Source of the DNA: an uncultured Prevotellaceae bacterium
GTDB taxonomy: Bacteria > Bacteroidota > Bacteroidia > Bacteroidales > Bacteroidaceae
DNA: 64,000 nucleotides
Reading direction: 5' to 3'
Assembly (NCBI GenBank): GCA_946403615.1
Contig: CAMJAO010000001.1
Span: forward strand, 2,307 to 66,306
Under the pieces are notes generated by a model, which made no database searches, was not told where the DNA came from, and worked only from the letters and a program-made list of their open reading frames with translations. Positions 60,708 through 64,000 of the stretch are shown piece after piece. Every line of letters starts with the position of its first letter. Position 1 is the first letter of the stretch. The position numbers and the translations under genes are program-made.

Positions 60708-62723
60708 ATGGCAAAAATTAAATGCCCGGAATGTGGCAATATGATTGACGAGAAAGTGATAGAGTGCCCTGTTTGTGGCACGAAAATCGCCGAGAATATC
60801 GTCAGATGTGAGCATTGTGGCGAAGTCTATTTCAAAGATGATGGACTTTGCCCCAATTGTCACCGCCCACCCAAAAATACGGAAAAAAACAGAACAAAAC
60901 AACAGACTGTTCAAGAAGAGCCGAAAAAAGAAACAGAAAGCACAAATACCCAAAAGCAAGACCAACCTGCACCTGTAGTTGTTGAAGCCAAGGATCAGGC
61001 TGAAACCCCTAAAACTCCGAACCAAGAAGAGGATCAACATGACGAAACGCCAAAAGACGTTTCGTCGGATGCCACCCCCACCCAAGTCAAGGTGAACACG
61101 TCTCCCACAGACCCATCATTGCAAGAGGACGAGGACATCGAAAAACCTGTTGTCAAACCGCCGTTCAAACTCAAGTTGGTTCCCATGCTTGTCTCATTCG
61201 CTATAGCCGCTATTATCGGACTGGTGAGTATCTATTTCTACCGCGACTCAAAAAACGCTAAAGAAAAGCAAGCTTATCAACTGGCCATCGAGAGTTCTGA
61301 CACCCTTGAACTCCAGCATTTTTTGTCACAATACAGTGATGCGGACAAAGAGCGCAAAGACAGTGTCAGCATGCGCTTACAGCATCTCTTGGAAGAAAAC
61401 CGATCCTGGCTGAAACTGCAAGCTGAAAAGACCAAAGAAAATGTCAGCAAATATATTCTCACTTTTCCCGATGGCGCTCATTTCAATGAAGCGCAAACGG
61501 TCATGGACTCAATCGATTGGACTGTTGCCACATCTGAAAATACGGCTTTGGCCTACCATGCATATTTGAAGGAACATGCAGAGGGGATACATGCTTTAGA
61601 CGCGAAGACCAGAATTTACGGCAGCCACATGGATGTGGTTGAACCCGAGGAAAAAGCGCTGGTGCATCAATCACTCAACACTTTTTTCACCGCCATCAAC
61701 AAACACGACAAGGAACAGTTTAAGAAATCGCTGCACTCGCGTATCGTCTCATTTATGGGTACGGAGTCGCCAACGGTCAACGAAGTCGTAGCGTGGCTTG
61801 ACCGACAATATGCGGATGGCGTGCAGAGCATTAGCTGGACACTCAATGAACAGAGTGATATCTCGAAAAAGAAATCAGACATCGCTGCTTACGAGTATCG
61901 GACAGAGATAGGTGCCACCAAGAATCAGGTGAAAAACGGAAGCACCACGCAAGACCGTTATAAAATAACGGCGCGTATGACACCCGACGGGAAAATCTCA
62001 TCATTTGCCATGGTGAAGCATGTGGCACAAGAAGGTGAGGCAACAAAACCGAGTTCTTCAAGTGCAGACAAGCCGAAACCATCGTCATCCAGCACTTCTT
62101 CTAATAACGGGTCGTCTGGTTCGAAACCCAGCTCGAGTTCGAAGCCAAGCACAAGTTCGAGTTCAAAACCCAACACAAGTTCGAGTTCGAAACCCAGCAC
62201 AAGTTCGAGTTCGAAACCCAGCACAAGTTCGAAGCCCTCGACGTCCAGCAGCAAACCATCCGGCTCTAACACAAAACCTGCCAGTCAGACATCCAAGCCC
62301 AACACGTCTGGTTCAAAACCAAGTTCTTCGTCAAAACCGAGCACAAGTTCTTCGACCAAGAACAACACCAGCACGACCAAGACGAACACTAAGCCTACAA
62401 CTTCGACGAATAAGACGAACACAAAGCCTGCGACTTCTACGGGCAAGACGAGTAGCACGTCGAAACCATCTACGACGAGCAACAACAAGACCAATACGTC
62501 TCATAAGAGTAACACCACGACCTCTAATAAGCAAAACACGAACAGTTCGTCCGCCAAGAAGTCGAACACTTCGAGCTCATCTAATAAGACATCGACTCCC
62601 AATAAGAGCACGAATGCCTCGTCTGCGAAAAAAAGCAACACGTCAACAACCTCTTCCAACAAGAGTAGCAGTTCGAAGACGAATACAAGTACGAGTAAGA
62701 CAAATACAAGCAGCAAGAAATAG
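60708..62723 (+). CDS. Double Zn-ribbon membrane protein with periplasmic domain and long S/T/K/N-rich tail
   Basis: Four CxxC pairs, a TM helix, and ~230 aa of low-complexity C-terminus. Confidence 0.8.
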   Translation: MAKIKCPECGNMIDEKVIECPVCGTKIAENIVRCEHCGEVYFKDDGLCPNCHRPPKNTEKNRTKQQTVQEEPKKETESTNTQKQDQPAPVVVEAKDQAETPKTPNQEEDQHDETPKDVSSDATPTQVKVNTSPTDPSLQEDEDIEKPVVKPPFKLKLVPMLVSFAIAAIIGLVSIYFYRDSKNAKEKQAYQLAIESSDTLELQHFLSQYSDADKERKDSVSMRLQHLLEENRSWLKLQAEKTKENVSKYILTFPDGAHFNEAQTVMDSIDWTVATSENTALAYHAYLKEHAEGIHALDAKTRIYGSHMDVVEPEEKALVHQSLNTFFTAINKHDKEQFKKSLHSRIVSFMGTESPTVNEVVAWLDRQYADGVQSISWTLNEQSDISKKKSDIAAYEYRTEIGATKNQVKNGSTTQDRYKITARMTPDGKISSFAMVKHVAQEGEATKPSSSSADKPKPSSSSTSSNNGSSGSKPSSSSKPSTSSSSKPNTSSSSKPSTSSSSKPSTSSKPSTSSSKPSGSNTKPASQTSKPNTSGSKPSSSSKPSTSSSTKNNTSTTKTNTKPTTSTNKTNTKPATSTGKTSSTSKPSTTSNNKTNTSHKSNTTTSNKQNTNSSSAKKSNTSSSSNKTSTPNKSTNASSAKKSNTSTTSSNKSSSSKTNTSTSKTNTSSKK

Positions 62724-62732
62724 CCGTTGATG

Positions 62733-62774
62733 CACGCTCCACACCCTCTGCCAAGAAGATGTGGAGCGTGTTTT
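62733..62774 (+). terminator. Terminator
   Basis: CACGCTCCACA...TGTGGAGCGTG followed by a T run. Confidence 0.75.
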
Positions 62775-62832
62775 CAAAACCTCAATCTTAAAAACTTGAA
62801 GCCGTTTTCCCGTGAGTTTGATAACGACCTGA

Positions 62833-63465
62833 TTACGACATTTTCATTTGCTTTAACAGTTCTTTCTGCCTTTCTGACAAATGGTCAGGCAATACCACTT
62901 TATATGTGACAATCAGGTCGCCTGCCACACCATTCTGCCCTACTCTGCCCTTTCCCTTGATTTTCACTTTCGTACCATTTTGGGTGACAGGCTTTACTTT
63001 CAGTTTGAGTTTGGGACCGTTAGACAATTCAATGATGATATCACCCCCCAGCAAAGCCGTGTACATATCAATCTCAACGGTTGCCGTGACGTTATTGTTC
63101 ACCTGATGTGAAGCACGGTTTCCAAAGATACTCTCGAAAAAAGTGCTAAAGCCATGGTTGCCGAATTCGCCCAAGTCGATTCCGTCAAAAGGCGAACCAG
63201 AGAACGTCGATGAGCCGCGTGCCTGCTCGAAGGCTTCAGCGTCACGCCAACGCTCACCGTATTGGTCATACTTCTTACGTTTTTCCGGGTCTTTGATGAC
63301 TTCGTATGCTTCGTTGAGCGCTTGAAACTTGGCTTTTGCTTTCGGGTCATCAGGATGTAAATCCGGATGGAAAAGTTTAGCACGTTTCAAGTACGCTTTT
63401 TTCACCTCGTTTTGAGGGATATTTTTATCAACACCTAAAATTTTGTAATAATCAACAAATGCCAT
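62833..63465 (-). CDS. DnaJ/CbpA-like chaperone
   Basis: J domain with HPD motif and a single DnaJ_C segment. Confidence 0.9.
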   Translation of the reverse strand: MAFVDYYKILGVDKNIPQNEVKKAYLKRAKLFHPDLHPDDPKAKAKFQALNEAYEVIKDPEKRKKYDQYGERWRDAEAFEQARGSSTFSGSPFDGIDLGEFGNHGFSTFFESIFGNRASHQVNNNVTATVEIDMYTALLGGDIIIELSNGPKLKLKVKPVTQNGTKVKIKGKGRVGQNGVAGDLIVTYKVVLPDHLSERQKELLKQMKMS

Positions 63466-63703
63466 ATTTAATCCTCCATTTTTTTGAAAAATATTGCAAA
63501 TAACATGCCTTTTGCACGATTTGACGGTTAATTCTTGTTAAAGGGCAAAGACGTTTAAAATATTCGCAAAAAAATGAGCAACAAATGCTTGTATTACAAT
63601 GATTTTTTGTAATTTTGCACCCGATTTTGCGCAATCCGCAGAAATGCGGGTGCCTCAATATAAAGTCTAACTTTATTAATTTATTTTTATTTATTAATTT
63701 TTT

Positions 63704-64000
63704 ATGTCAAACCTTAAAAATGTAGAGCCGTTACAGGACTTCAATTGGGATGAGTTCGAAAACGGCACCAACGTGAGCGTCAGCAAGGAAGACTTGCAGA
63801 AAGCTTACGATGAGACCCTCAACAAAGTGAGCGAACATCAAGTTGTTGATGGTAAAGTGATCTCTGTGGACAAGAAAGAAGTCGTTGTCAACATTGGTTA
63901 CAAGAGTGACGGTATTATCCCCGCCAGTGAATTCCGCTACAATCCCGACTTGAAAGTTGGTGATATTGTAGAGGTTTACGTGGAGAATCAAGAAGACAAG
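63704..64000 (+). CDS. rpsA: 30S ribosomal protein S1 (5' part; runs off the window)
   Basis: MSNLKNVEPLQDFNWDEFE...VVNIGYKSDGII. Confidence 0.95.
   Translation, partial: MSNLKNVEPLQDFNWDEFENGTNVSVSKEDLQKAYDETLNKVSEHQVVDGKVISVDKKEVVVNIGYKSDGIIPASEFRYNPDLKVGDIVEVYVENQEDK

Overview
This window looks like Bacteroidales (Prevotella-like) DNA, judged from TAnnTTTG promoters and gene content. Positions 1 to ~28,700 are the right-hand part of an integrated long-tailed (siphovirus-like) prophage whose left end is outside the window. Its gene order is: HicB/HTH-like gene end, iteron-rich non-coding region, possible late regulator, S49 prohead protease, major capsid, tail tube, terminase, portal, head-tail and tail genes, tape measure, a tail-fibre-like protein with a C-terminal metallophosphoesterase, holin, amidase, u-spanin, DUF5053-like gene and tyrosine integrase. 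It abuts the 3' end of tRNA-Gly(CCC). Positions ~28,660-64,000 are host backbone: tRNA-Gly and tRNA-Thr, uvrA, fucI, methylmalonyl-CoA mutase, Na+-pumping decarboxylase subunits, rimO, ftsY, rpmB-rpmG-DUF4295, an unusual two-component system, a hexuronate (eda/kdgK/uxaA) locus, a DnaJ-like gene and the start of rpsA. The most interesting signals are a probable -1 frameshift or slippage site in the gene after the tail tube, a phased A-tract plus IHF-box locus after TerL (candidate pac/cos), and a complete antisense membrane-protein moron. Others are a candidate phage-specific late promoter motif, a beta-rich domain shared by capsid and tail tube, a Cys4 microprotein in the lysis cassette, heptamer and (CCCTAAA)5 arrays at gene starts, and an apparently split histidine kinase. 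All family calls come from reading motifs and context; no database searches were run.
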